Shown: positions 10,606 through 19,850, counted from the stretch's first letter. The stretch: DNA of 22,119 bases from Erysipelotrichaceae bacterium (GCA_030604855.1 JAUVVC010000013.1:1-22119), one strand, 5' to 3'. Program-made: numbers and translations. Notes: a model not told the origin generated them from the sequence alone.

Positions 10606-13437
10606 ATGCAAAAAGACTATATTGAAATAAAAGGGGCGCGTGAAAACAACCTCAAAAACATTGATTTAAAAATACCTCGTAACCAATTGGTCATCATGAC
10701 CGGACTTTCCGGCTCTGGTAAAACCTCCTTGGCATTTGATACGATTTATGCGGAAGGACAACGACGTTATGTCGAATCGTTAAGTGCTTATGCACGTCAA
10801 TTTTTAGGCAATTCAGAGAAACCGGATGTCGATCTGATTGAAGGATTATCGCCGAGTATTGCGATCGATCAAAAAACCACCTCTAACAATCCCCGTTCAA
10901 CCGTTGGTACGGTTACAGAGATTTATGACTATCTACGTTTGATGTATGCACGTGTGGGGACACCGTATTGTCCGAATCACGATGAGCCGATTGTCGCCCA
11001 AACCATCAAGCAGATGTTGGATCGTGTCATGCAGGAAGAAGATGGCACACGATTACAAATCTTGGCCCCCATTTTAAGACAAGCCAAGGGTACCCATAAA
11101 GATCTTTTCGAGAAACTTCAAAAAGAAGGTTTTTTACGTGTCCGTGTGAATGGTGAACTTAAGATGTTGGAAGATGAAATCATCTTAGAGAAAAATAAGA
11201 AACATGACATTGACTTGATCGTTGACCGTATCGTCAAACATGACGATAGTTCCACACGTATCCAAGATTCCCTTGAAATTGCCTTGAAACAAGCCAATGG
11301 CTTAGCTCTGGTTTTGACCAAGGATGAAGAAATTCTCTTCTCCAGCAAATATGCTTGTCCTAAGTGTGGTTTCACCGTTGCGGAACTTCAACCTCGTCTC
11401 TTTAGTTTCAACTCACCTTTGGGTGCCTGTGAGACCTGTAAAGGTTTAGGAATCATTCAAATGGTCGATGTGGACTTCTTGATCCCTGATAAATCAAAAA
11501 CCATCCTTCAAGGTGGCATTCAATATTATAAAAACATCGTCGATACCGAAAATATCGAATGGCAGAACTTTAGAACACTCTGTGATCATTATAAGATTCC
11601 ATTGAATAAACCAATTTCAGAACTCACAAAAGCACAGTTGGATATTGTGTTGTATGGTTCAAAAGAGCCGATACGCTATACCATTGAGACCCGTACAGGG
11701 AATCGTTATTCCAAAACCGATCGCATCGAAGGAGTTAAGGAATTGATCGAACGTCGTTTTGTGGAGACCTCTTCACAAATGGCACGTGAATGGTATGGAA
11801 CCTTCATGACGGATTCTGTATGTCCGACCTGTAATGGCATGCGTTTGAATCCCATGGCACTCAGTGTGCGAGTGGGGCCTAAAAACATCCAACAGTGGAC
11901 GCAAATGAGTGTTCGTAATGCCTTGGATTATATGCATGCTTTGGAATTGAAGCCCATGCAAAAAGAAATTGCGCACTTGGTCACTAAAGAGATCAATGAA
12001 CGTCTAACCTTCTTAAAAGATGTAGGCTTGGACTATTTAACCTTGGATCGAACAGCTGGCACCCTATCGGGTGGCGAAGCGCAACGCATTCGTTTGGCAA
12101 CACAGATTGGGTCGCGCTTGACGGGGGTTTTGTATGTGTTGGATGAACCCTCCATTGGTCTACATCAACGCGATAACCATAAATTGATCAATACCCTTAA
12201 GAATATGCGTGACTTGGGGAATACCTTGATTGTGGTTGAACACGATGAAGAAACCATGATGGAAAGTGATTACATCATCGATATCGGACCAGGAGCCGGT
12301 ATCCATGGGGGTGAGGTTGTCGCATTGGGAACACCTGCTGAAATCATTGCCCATCCAACATCCATTACCGGACAATTCTTGAGTGGACAACGTTCCAATC
12401 CCATTCCTGAAGTTCGACGCAAAGGTAATGGTCAGTTCATCACCATCAAAGAAGCGACGGAAAATAATCTTAAGAAATTGAATGTAAAGATTCCACTCGG
12501 AACCTTTACGGTCGTGACGGGTGTGAGTGGCAGTGGTAAATCCACCTTGGTCAATGAAGTTTTAGGGAAGTCGATCTTCCATCATTTAGGCAGACAAAAA
12601 ATCAAACCGGGTAAAGCGAAGGCTGTCGAAGGTTTGGAATACATTGATAAGCTCATTGAGATCGATCAAGATCCGATCGGACGGACACCACGCTCCAATC
12701 CTGTCACCTATACCGGTGTCTTTGATGATATTCGTGATTTGTTTGCGATGACACCAGAAGCCAAAGTAAGGGGCTATGACAAAGGACGATTCTCTTTCAA
12801 TGTCAAAGGTGGACGTTGTGAACTCTGCCAAGGGGATGGCGTCAAACGCATCTCCATGCATTTCTTACCCGATGTCTATGTCCCCTGTGAAGAATGTGAG
12901 GGGAAACGCTATAACAATGAGACCTTACAGGTCACATTTAAAGGAAAGTCGATCTATGATATCCTAGAGATGACCATCGAAGAGGGCATTGAATTCTTCG
13001 CAAACATCCATAAGATCAAACATCGTCTTCAAACACTTTCTGATGTCGGCTTGGATTATGTTAAGTTGGGGCAATCCGCAACCACTTTATCCGGTGGTGA
13101 AGCCCAACGTGTTAAACTCGCAAGTGAACTTCAACGAAGGGCTACAGGCAAGACTTTATTCATTCTTGATGAACCAACAACAGGACTTCATAGCTATGAT
13201 GTTGGAAAGCTTATTACCGTCTTACAGCGCATCGTGGATAATGGGGATACGGTCATCGTCATCGAACATAATCTGGATATCATTAAGAATGCGGACTATG
13301 TGATTGACTTAGGCCCAGAAGGGGGCGATGAAGGTGGGTATTTGGTTCAAGCCACGACACCTGAGAAGCTTGCTGAGAATCCAAAGAGTTATACAGGACA
13401 ATACCTGAAACATATCTTTGATAAAGAAAAGAGGTAA
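10606..13437 (+). CDS. uvrA: Excinuclease ABC subunit A (UvrA)
   Basis: 943 aa starting [21 protein letters not shown]. It has two ABC modules ([14 protein letters not shown] and [13 protein letters not shown]; LSGGEAQR twice) and zinc-finger Cys clusters (CPKCG...CETCKG and CELCQGDG...CEEC). The ORF-track start (TTG 10522) spans the divergent promoter region and is rejected. Confidence 0.96.
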   Translation: MQKDYIEIKGARENNLKNIDLKIPRNQLVIMTGLSGSGKTSLAFDTIYAEGQRRYVESLSAYARQFLGNSEKPDVDLIEGLSPSIAIDQKTTSNNPRSTVGTVTEIYDYLRLMYARVGTPYCPNHDEPIVAQTIKQMLDRVMQEEDGTRLQILAPILRQAKGTHKDLFEKLQKEGFLRVRVNGELKMLEDEIILEKNKKHDIDLIVDRIVKHDDSSTRIQDSLEIALKQANGLALVLTKDEEILFSSKYACPKCGFTVAELQPRLFSFNSPLGACETCKGLGIIQMVDVDFLIPDKSKTILQGGIQYYKNIVDTENIEWQNFRTLCDHYKIPLNKPISELTKAQLDIVLYGSKEPIRYTIETRTGNRYSKTDRIEGVKELIERRFVETSSQMAREWYGTFMTDSVCPTCNGMRLNPMALSVRVGPKNIQQWTQMSVRNALDYMHALELKPMQKEIAHLVTKEINERLTFLKDVGLDYLTLDRTAGTLSGGEAQRIRLATQIGSRLTGVLYVLDEPSIGLHQRDNHKLINTLKNMRDLGNTLIVVEHDEETMMESDYIIDIGPGAGIHGGEVVALGTPAEIIAHPTSITGQFLSGQRSNPIPEVRRKGNGQFITIKEATENNLKKLNVKIPLGTFTVVTGVSGSGKSTLVNEVLGKSIFHHLGRQKIKPGKAKAVEGLEYIDKLIEIDQDPIGRTPRSNPVTYTGVFDDIRDLFAMTPEAKVRGYDKGRFSFNVKGGRCELCQGDGVKRISMHFLPDVYVPCEECEGKRYNNETLQVTFKGKSIYDILEMTIEEGIEFFANIHKIKHRLQTLSDVGLDYVKLGQSATTLSGGEAQRVKLASELQRRATGKTLFILDEPTTGLHSYDVGKLITVLQRIVDNGDTVIVIEHNLDIIKNADYVIDLGPEGGDEGGYLVQATTPEKLAENPKSYTGQYLKHIFDKEKR

Positions 13438-13439
13438 AT

Positions 13440-14381
13440 ATGGATTTTGAACGCAAAGCCAAGATTTCCGATTTTAAGAAGTTCTTTAATCTGACACAGA
13501 TTACAGGAAACGATGAGGCCTTGAATCGTTGGGCGATCGTACCGGATATCAATCGTCCCGGCTTGGAATTGGCGGGCTATTTTGAACATACGGAACCCCG
13601 ACGCATCATCATCTTAGGTACTAAGGAAATGTCCTACATGTCTGAAGTGCCGGATGATTTATTGCGTGAACGATTGGAACGATTGACAGATGGATACAGT
13701 CCAGCCATCGTCATCTCCAAAAACATGGAATGTCCGGAACTCTTACGCGAGATTGCGGAAAGTAAAAACTTTCCCATCTTGATTTCAGACCAACCAACGT
13801 ATCGATTGATGGTGGATGTGGTCAGTTATCTTGATGAAAAGCTCGCACCTAGCGATAATATCCATGGTGTGCTGTTGAGCATCTACGGAAAAGGTGTCGT
13901 CATCACCGGGGATTCCGGCGTGGGTAAAAGTGAAACCGCACTTGAGCTCATTCGACGTGGACATGTCTTGGTCGCGGATGATCGGGTCGATGTGACACGA
14001 ATTCATAACACTATTTTTGGGAGAGCACCTGAAATCTTGCGGGGAATGTTGGAAATCAGAGGAATTGGGATCATCGATGTGACAAAGATGTTTGGGGCGA
14101 GTTCCTCATTGGATAACAGTGAGATCGATGTCATCATCCATCTTGAGAAGTGGGATGATCAGAAACAATACGAACGGGTAGGAATCGAGGAAGAAGTTCT
14201 TGCGAACATCTTGGGTTTAGATATTCCTAAGACTACGATACCGGTTCGTGATGGTCGAAATATTGCGGTTTTGGTGGAATCGGCGGTGACCAATTTCAAT
14301 CTGAAGTTGCGCGGCATCAATAGTGCCAAAGAATTTGAACAACGGGTTTATGATTTCATCAAAAACCAAAATGAGGAGTAA
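13440..14381 (+). CDS. hprK: HPr kinase/phosphorylase
   Basis: It has the P-loop GDSGVGKSETALELI, the HprK signature LEIRGIGIIDV, and a typical N-terminal domain. GAGG lies 5 nt upstream. The gene starts 2 nt after the uvrA stop. Confidence 0.95.
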   Translation: MDFERKAKISDFKKFFNLTQITGNDEALNRWAIVPDINRPGLELAGYFEHTEPRRIIILGTKEMSYMSEVPDDLLRERLERLTDGYSPAIVISKNMECPELLREIAESKNFPILISDQPTYRLMVDVVSYLDEKLAPSDNIHGVLLSIYGKGVVITGDSGVGKSETALELIRRGHVLVADDRVDVTRIHNTIFGRAPEILRGMLEIRGIGIIDVTKMFGASSSLDNSEIDVIIHLEKWDDQKQYERVGIEEEVLANILGLDIPKTTIPVRDGRNIAVLVESAVTNFNLKLRGINSAKEFEQRVYDFIKNQNEE

Positions 14382-14383
14382 AC

Positions 14384-15838
14384 ATGGTATTTTTTAAAGA
14401 TTTATCGAGCTTTGTGGATATTGGCACCATCAGTATCAAATGGTATGCCATCTTGATACTCACCGGGGCGTTCGTAGCCTATTGGTTGAGTGTGCGTAAT
14501 TTGAAGAAATTGGCGTATTCGACATCCTTGGTTGATGACTTGTTTTTTGGAAGTCTATTGTCAGGGATCGTAGGGGCGCGATTATGGTATGTCTTGTTTT
14601 ATGATTTATCAACGTATATCGCAGATCCCATCTCAATTCTAATGACCTGGCAAGGGGGAATGGCTATCCAAGGGGGCTTATTACTTGGGGCAGCTTTTGC
14701 CTACTGGTTCTTAAAACGCAAAAAACTGAGTTTTCTACGTTTTGCGGATGCGATCGTTCCGAATATTCTTGTGGCTCAAGCCATTGGTCGTTGGGGCAAT
14801 TTCATGAACCAAGAAGCGTATGGAAAAGTAGTGGAAGAATCATACTACAGTTTATTCCCTGCTTTTATCAAAGACAATATGTTCATCCTGGGTCAATTTC
14901 GTGAACCGACCTTTCTCTATGAAAGTATCCTGAACATTGTTGGATTCGTTCTTATTGTTTATTTCTTGAAGCGCTTCAGTGAAAACAAACGGGGCGATCT
15001 GATGTGGGCTTATCTGATGTGGTATGGCATCAGCCGTTTCTGGGTCGAAGGCTTAAGAACAGACAGTTTGATGTTTATGGGACTGCGTACCGCTCAGTTG
15101 GTATCCATCGCGTTCATCGTATTGGGCTTGATGGGTAAATTGGGCGTCTTCCAACGTTTCATCAAAAAGGAAAAACCGATAATTTTGTTTGATTTCGATG
15201 GAACATTAGCGGATACCGAACCCTTGATCATCGAAAGCATGAAAATGACGATTCACACATATCGTCCGGATGTCGTCATCACACGTGAAGACGAGATTTC
15301 TTTCTTAGGTCCTACGCTGACACAGATTCTGAGTCGTTATCTTGACGAAGAAGATCTACCGGAGGCCGTAGAGACATATCGAACAAACAACAAGGAGATT
15401 CATCCTCGATTGATCAAACGGATGCCGAATGCCTTTGATGTCGTTCATCAATTGAAAGCTGAAGGCTATAAATTGGGAATCGTTTCTTCTAAGAAAAAAG
15501 ATATGGTTGAGTATGGTATGCGTTTAATTGGGTTCACAGATGAATTTGATGTGATCATTGGCTACGATGAAGTAAAGGAGCATAAACCAAGCCCTGAGGG
15601 CATCTTGAATGCGTGCATCGCATTGGGTGTCGATCATGACAACATGCTTTACATCGGAGACACCAGTACGGATATCCATGCGGCAAATGCTGCAGGCATC
15701 TATTCTGTGGCTTATCTGACGCATCCTGAGCGTCGCGATGCGATTCATCAGGCAAAACCCAATGCGACGATTGAACATCTCAGTGAATTGCTTACACTCT
15801 TAAAGAAGGACATCACATGGACAAACTCTACGACTTAG
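14384..15838 (+). CDS. lgt: Fusion protein: prolipoprotein diacylglyceryl transferase (Lgt) plus HAD-family PpaX-like pyrophosphatase/phosphatase
   Basis: Residues 1 to about 258 are polytopic and carry the Lgt signature GRWGNFMNQEAYG. Residues about 264-484 are a HAD hydrolase with motif I FDFDGTLADTE (D270 at nt 15191), SSKKK, and GDTSTDIHAANAAG. It is one uninterrupted frame, with GAGGAG 5 nt upstream of the start. Confidence 0.9.
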   Translation: MVFFKDLSSFVDIGTISIKWYAILILTGAFVAYWLSVRNLKKLAYSTSLVDDLFFGSLLSGIVGARLWYVLFYDLSTYIADPISILMTWQGGMAIQGGLLLGAAFAYWFLKRKKLSFLRFADAIVPNILVAQAIGRWGNFMNQEAYGKVVEESYYSLFPAFIKDNMFILGQFREPTFLYESILNIVGFVLIVYFLKRFSENKRGDLMWAYLMWYGISRFWVEGLRTDSLMFMGLRTAQLVSIAFIVLGLMGKLGVFQRFIKKEKPIILFDFDGTLADTEPLIIESMKMTIHTYRPDVVITREDEISFLGPTLTQILSRYLDEEDLPEAVETYRTNNKEIHPRLIKRMPNAFDVVHQLKAEGYKLGIVSSKKKDMVEYGMRLIGFTDEFDVIIGYDEVKEHKPSPEGILNACIALGVDHDNMLYIGDTSTDIHAANAAGIYSVAYLTHPERRDAIHQAKPNATIEHLSELLTLLKKDITWTNSTT

Positions 15839-16740
15839 CCATCATTGGCTCAGGTCCAGCAGGCATGACCGCTGCGATCTACGCAAAACGCGCTGGGCTC
15901 GACATCATTCTTTTTGAAGGTAGTGCGCCAGGTGGTAAGTTGGTCAAGACCTTTGAGATTGATAACTGGCCAGGCCAACCCAACATCAGTGGGGTTGATC
16001 TTGCCATGAAGATGTATGAACATACGACCCAACTCGAGGTCACTACCGAATACACAGCGATTGTTAAAATTGATGTGGATAAGATCAAGACACTGACATC
16101 TGAAGATGGCAGAACCTTTAAAACCAAAGCCGTGATTTTGGCAACCGGAACCGTCGAAAACAAAATGGAGATTCCAGGTGAAGAAGCCATGATCGGCAAA
16201 GGGGTAAGCTTCTGTGCGGTCTGTGATGGGGCATTTTATAAACAAAAGAAAGTTGCGGTCATCGGGGGTGGAAACTCCGCATTGGAGGAAGCTGTGTATC
16301 TGACGCAATTTGCGGATGAAGTCACCATTGTGATTCGTCGTGATGTGTTCAGAGGGGATGTCCAAGCGATTGAGCGTGCTTTGGCAAATCCTAAGATTAA
16401 AGTCATCAAAAAACACATTCCTTACGAAGTCGTACATGGCAATAAAGTCACCGCACTTCGTATCAAGAGTGTAAACGATGGTTCCATCCAAGACCTTGAA
16501 GTCGATGGCATCTTCCCATACATTGGGGCAACCCCTTCAACAGGCTGTCTCAAGGATCTTGGAGTGACGGACTCCATGGGTTACATGATCGTGAATGATA
16601 AGATGGAATCAAAAATCCCAGGTTTATATGGTGCAGGTGATGTGGTGGTCAAACCGCTGCGACAAATAGTCACTGCTGTCAATGATGGGGCGATCGCGGC
16701 TCAAACCGCCTTCCACTACATTAAGGAATTTGATGCATAA
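15817..16740 (+). CDS. trxB: Thioredoxin-disulfide reductase
   Basis: FAD motif GSGPAGMTAAIYA, redox-active CAVCDG, NADPH motif GGGNSALEEA, and C-terminal GDV...QIVTAVNDG. It overlaps the lgt fusion by 22 nt. GAAGGA lies upstream. Confidence 0.95.
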   Translation: MDKLYDLAIIGSGPAGMTAAIYAKRAGLDIILFEGSAPGGKLVKTFEIDNWPGQPNISGVDLAMKMYEHTTQLEVTTEYTAIVKIDVDKIKTLTSEDGRTFKTKAVILATGTVENKMEIPGEEAMIGKGVSFCAVCDGAFYKQKKVAVIGGGNSALEEAVYLTQFADEVTIVIRRDVFRGDVQAIERALANPKIKVIKKHIPYEVVHGNKVTALRIKSVNDGSIQDLEVDGIFPYIGATPSTGCLKDLGVTDSMGYMIVNDKMESKIPGLYGAGDVVVKPLRQIVTAVNDGAIAAQTAFHYIKEFDA

Positions 16741-16751
16741 AGCTTAATATC

Positions 16752-16792
16752 AAGACTTCTCTTTCATTCAATGAAGAGAAGTCTTTTACTTT
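16752..16792 (+). terminator. Rho-independent terminator after trxB
   Basis: A 12-bp stem, AAGACTTCTCTT (16752-16763) pairing with AAGAGAAGTCTT (16774-16785), has a 10-nt loop and is followed by TTTACTTT. Confidence 0.85.
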
Positions 16793-16809
16793 GGTCAGAA
16801 TAAGTAAAC

Positions 16810-16838
16810 TTGAGGACCACCCGGATGCGTGGTAGAAT
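16810..16838 (+). promoter_or_regulatory. Sigma-70 type promoter for rapZ-yvcK-whiA
   Basis: TTGAGG (16810-16815), a 17-nt spacer ending in TGG (extended -10), then TAGAAT (16833-16838). The AAGAGG ribosome-binding site precedes ATG 16857. Confidence 0.65.
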
Positions 16839-16856
16839 GAAGCAAAGAGGTAGAAC

Positions 16857-17711
16857 ATGAGTCAAAAGAAACATCGCGTCATTTTGGTATCGGGAATGTC
16901 TGGAGCTGGGAAAACCACAGCCATGGGGATTTTGGAAGATATGGGCTATCATTGCATGGACCAGTTTCCTGTGAAATTGTTGCCTGAATTATTGGAAATC
17001 ATCATTCGTCATGATGATCCCCGTTTTCAAAATCTCGCTTTATCAACCAATCTTTTAGATTTCAATGCGTTTAAACAGACCTTTGGCATCTTGGATATCG
17101 ATCTTCAAATTCTTCTTTTGGAAGCGAGCCATACAGAGTTATTGAAACGCTATAAATTCACACGACGTACCCACCCCATGATTCTATCCCAGCAAGCTCA
17201 GACACTTGAGGACAGCATTCAAGTCGAACGGGACATGTTAAGCAACTTAAAAGAACAGAATTGCATGGTTGTGGAGACTTCACACTTAAATGCAACCGAA
17301 CTCAAACAACGTTTGAATAAGGTATTTGCGATCAATCAGAGAGCACCCTTCTCAATCAGCTTTATTTCATTTGGCTATAAGAATGGTCTACCGATGGATG
17401 CGGATCTGGTGTTTGATGTCCGTTTTTTACCAAATCCTTTTTGGAATGAAGAACTGAAGGAACAGACTGGAAATGATCAAGCTGTCTACGACTATGTGAT
17501 TGAGAAGAAAGAAACACAACGCTTCATCAAGAAGTTTAAATCCTTCTTAGATTATGCGTTTAAGGAATACATTCGTGAAGGGAAGAATCATTTTACGGTT
17601 GCCATTGGATGTACAGGGGGTAAACATCGATCGGTATCCTTGGTCAACTGGGCGTATGAGAATTATGGCAAAGAATACCGTTGTTTCAAGGATCATCGCG
17701 ATCTGGAGTAA
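16857..17711 (+). CDS. rapZ: RNase adapter protein RapZ (YvcJ family P-loop NTPase)
   Basis: It has the P-loop VSGMSGAGKTTA and the conserved C-terminal segments FDVRFLPNPFW and GCTGGKHRSV. Confidence 0.93.
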   Translation: MSQKKHRVILVSGMSGAGKTTAMGILEDMGYHCMDQFPVKLLPELLEIIIRHDDPRFQNLALSTNLLDFNAFKQTFGILDIDLQILLLEASHTELLKRYKFTRRTHPMILSQQAQTLEDSIQVERDMLSNLKEQNCMVVETSHLNATELKQRLNKVFAINQRAPFSISFISFGYKNGLPMDADLVFDVRFLPNPFWNEELKEQTGNDQAVYDYVIEKKETQRFIKKFKSFLDYAFKEYIREGKNHFTVAIGCTGGKHRSVSLVNWAYENYGKEYRCFKDHRDLE

Positions 17712-17713
17712 GT

Positions 17714-18685
17714 ATGGAACGTAATTTGAGAGTTGTGGTTATCGGCGGGGGAACTGGCCAATCAACCATCTTAAGAGGTTTGAAACAAATTGAAAACGTT
17801 GACATCACCGCAATCGTGACAGTCGCGGATGATGGTGGAAGCACCGGTCGTTTACGGCGTGCCTATCATATTCCAGCCATGGGGGATATCCGCAGTGTCA
17901 TGATCGCTTTAGCAGAGAGTGAAACGCTTTTATCCACTTTGATGAGTTATCGTTTTGAAAAAGATGAGGCTGCTGAGTTGGGTGCCGAGAATGAATTGGT
18001 TGGTCATAATCTTGGAAACATCATCCTGACGGCTCTGACAAAGAAAACGGGTAGTTTCATGGATGCGGTGACCACCATCTCCAAAGTCTTGAATGTCAAA
18101 GGCGACATCATCCCTTCAACCCATCAAGTCGTTCGATTGTTAGCGAAAATGGAAGATGGGACCATCGTCAAAGGCGAAAGCAACATTCCCTCAAGTCGTC
18201 ATCGTATCCTTGAAGTTTTTTATGATGTGCCGGTCAAGGCAACCAAAGAAGCTGTCCAAGCCATTGAACAAGCCGATGTGATCATCTTTGGAATCGGAAG
18301 CATCTATACGAGCATCTGCCCGAATGTGATCATTCCTGAAATTCGTAAGGCATTGCAGCACAACCAAGGCCTTAAGGTCTATTTTGCCAATGCGATGAGC
18401 CAACCGGGAGAGACCGAAGGGTATGGACTTGAGGATCATGTCCAAGCCATTGAGCAACACGCGAAGGTTAAGATGGATGTGGTGATCTATGCGAACGATA
18501 TCATTCCAACCTCCGTCCTTGTCCGCTACGTGGATCGCGAAGCTTTTCCAGTTCAAATAAAAGCCAAGGACCATGATTACAAACTCATTCAAAAGAAGCT
18601 CCTCAAATTTGATACTGAACGTGTTCGGCATGACCCCAATCGAATCCGTGACGTATTGGAAGAATTGTTCAGAAAGGTTCGTTGA
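17714..18685 (+). CDS. yvcK: YvcK/GlmR family protein (gluconeogenesis factor, CofD-like fold)
   Basis: The N-terminus is RVVVIGGGTGQSTILRGLK, followed by TAIVTVADDGGSTGRLR and GHNLGNIIL. The start is set at ATG 17714 (GGAG at 17705-17708), 2 nt after the rapZ stop. The ORF-track TTG 17681 lies inside rapZ. Confidence 0.92.
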   Translation: MERNLRVVVIGGGTGQSTILRGLKQIENVDITAIVTVADDGGSTGRLRRAYHIPAMGDIRSVMIALAESETLLSTLMSYRFEKDEAAELGAENELVGHNLGNIILTALTKKTGSFMDAVTTISKVLNVKGDIIPSTHQVVRLLAKMEDGTIVKGESNIPSSRHRILEVFYDVPVKATKEAVQAIEQADVIIFGIGSIYTSICPNVIIPEIRKALQHNQGLKVYFANAMSQPGETEGYGLEDHVQAIEQHAKVKMDVVIYANDIIPTSVLVRYVDREAFPVQIKAKDHDYKLIQKKLLKFDTERVRHDPNRIRDVLEELFRKVR

Positions 18686-18686
18686 G

Positions 18687-19604
18687 ATGTCATTCACACA
18701 AGAAGTCAAACACGAAATCGCCAATGTGGAACTCAAAGCCTGTTGTCAGAAAGCGGAAACCGCTGCCTTGATTCAATTGAGTTCTTCGATGGTCATTCGT
18801 AACCAAAGCTTTGTTTTATCCATTAAGACTGAAAATGCCACGACCGCAAAACGAGCTTTTAAGTTGATGAAAGAGCAATTCAATCCTGAGATGAATCTCT
18901 CCGTGATGAAACGCATGAATCTTAAGAAAAACAATGTCTATGAGATCCAAGTGCAATCAAAAGTGACGGAGATTCTAACGGATTTGGGACTGTGGAACAC
19001 CCAAGGCTTGACATCCCATCCAACCAAAGCCATCGTAAAAAAAGAGTGTTGTGCAAGAGCATATCTGGCTGGTGCGTTCTTAGCAGCTGGAAGTATCAAC
19101 TCACCAAAGAAATCCAATTATCATTGTGAAATCGTTACGCAGGATATCGATCATGCGAACTACATCCAGTCCATCATGAATCGCTTTGATTTAGGCGCAA
19201 AGTACATTCTACGACGCAACCAACACGTCGTTTATTTAAAGGCATCTGAGAAGATCTCTGATTTTCTCCGTATGGTTCAAGCCAATAATGCCGTTCTTGA
19301 TTTTGAAGATATCCGTATCCAACGTGATTTTCACAACAATCTAACGCGATTGGATAACTGTGAAGTAGCCAATGTGATGAAGACGATGGCTGCCGCAAAC
19401 GACCAATTGGAAGTCATACGACGTTTGATTGATGAGGGTCGCTATGTGGAACTGGAGCCCAAACTCAAAGAAGTGGCAGAGCTGAGATTGGCTTATCCAG
19501 AATCCAGTCTGAATGAACTTTGTGAAAAATACGAAATACAGTACGAAAAACCGATCAGCAAGTCTGGAATGAAACATCGCTTGGCCAAACTGATCCAACA
19601 ATAG
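18687..19604 (+). CDS. whiA: DNA-binding protein WhiA
   Basis: It starts MSFTQEVKHEI. The middle region is LAGLIDADG-like (RAYLAGAFLAAGSINSP), and a C-terminal HTH is present (LNELCEKYE...SKSGMKHRLAKL). The start at ATG 18687 lies 1 nt after the yvcK TGA. The ORF-track ATG 18573 lies inside yvcK. Confidence 0.93.
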   Translation: MSFTQEVKHEIANVELKACCQKAETAALIQLSSSMVIRNQSFVLSIKTENATTAKRAFKLMKEQFNPEMNLSVMKRMNLKKNNVYEIQVQSKVTEILTDLGLWNTQGLTSHPTKAIVKKECCARAYLAGAFLAAGSINSPKKSNYHCEIVTQDIDHANYIQSIMNRFDLGAKYILRRNQHVVYLKASEKISDFLRMVQANNAVLDFEDIRIQRDFHNNLTRLDNCEVANVMKTMAAANDQLEVIRRLIDEGRYVELEPKLKEVAELRLAYPESSLNELCEKYEIQYEKPISKSGMKHRLAKLIQQ

Positions 19605-19612
19605 GAGGACAG

Positions 19613-19696
19613 ATGATAAATCAATCATTCATGAAAGCATTTCTTGGTGTAGCGCTTGGATTCATCCTTTATTTTTTGATTAAGAGTTTCTTTTAA
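19613..19696 (+). CDS. Candidate 27-aa single-pass membrane micro-protein (MINQSFMKAFLGVALGFILYFLIKSFF)
   Basis: This ORF is below the ORF-track size cut-off. A perfect AGGAGG (19603-19608, overlapping the whiA TAG) lies 4 nt before ATG 19613. The 10-nt context AGGAGGACAg-ATG is nearly identical to that of the GH1 gene (AGGAGGACAt-ATG at 8101-8113). The hydrophobic core AFLGVALGFILYFLI is flanked by K residues. Confidence 0.45.
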   Translation: MINQSFMKAFLGVALGFILYFLIKSFF

Positions 19697-19817
19697 GTAC
19701 ATTCATTTTGATTCAATTTAGGGACATAATGAACTGATAGCGGCTCTTAATTTTAATTTTGTGTCACAAATTTCACAAAAAATGTCTAATTTAGGGGTGT
19801 TCATATCGAATTGAGCT

Positions 19818-19826
19818 TGTTATAAT
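19818..19826 (+). promoter_or_regulatory. Extended -10 promoter (TGTTATAAT) for the LysM-G5-M23 gene
   Basis: TG at 19818-19819 and TATAAT at 19821-19826. There is a weak -35, TGTTCA, at 19798-19803 with a 17-nt spacer. Confidence 0.55.
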
Positions 19827-19850
19827 ACGGGCATTATGAAGCGGAGTCCT

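Noticed and set aside
15850-16491. 213-aa antisense ORF opposite trxB. Similar long antisense ORFs lie at 18191-18736 (opposite yvcK), 9197-9658 (opposite the GH1 gene), 3439-3843 and 4030-4377 (opposite the M23 gene), 20064-20438 and 20448-20873 (opposite the LysM-M23 gene), and 5333-5978 (opposite ctp).
   Set aside because: Each is fully embedded antisense to a confidently identified, motif-rich gene. They lack ribosome-binding sites and promoters and have odd compositions (Cys/His/Arg-rich or low complexity). They are the expected shadow ORFs in a stop-poor antisense frame.
17681-18686. ORF-track 5' extensions of yvcK (TTG 17681) and whiA (ATG 18573)
   Set aside because: The extensions lie inside the preceding genes (rapZ and yvcK) in other frames. 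The conserved N-termini (MERNLRVVVIGGGTG and MSFTQEVKHEI) start at ATG 17714 and ATG 18687, right after the upstream stop codons.
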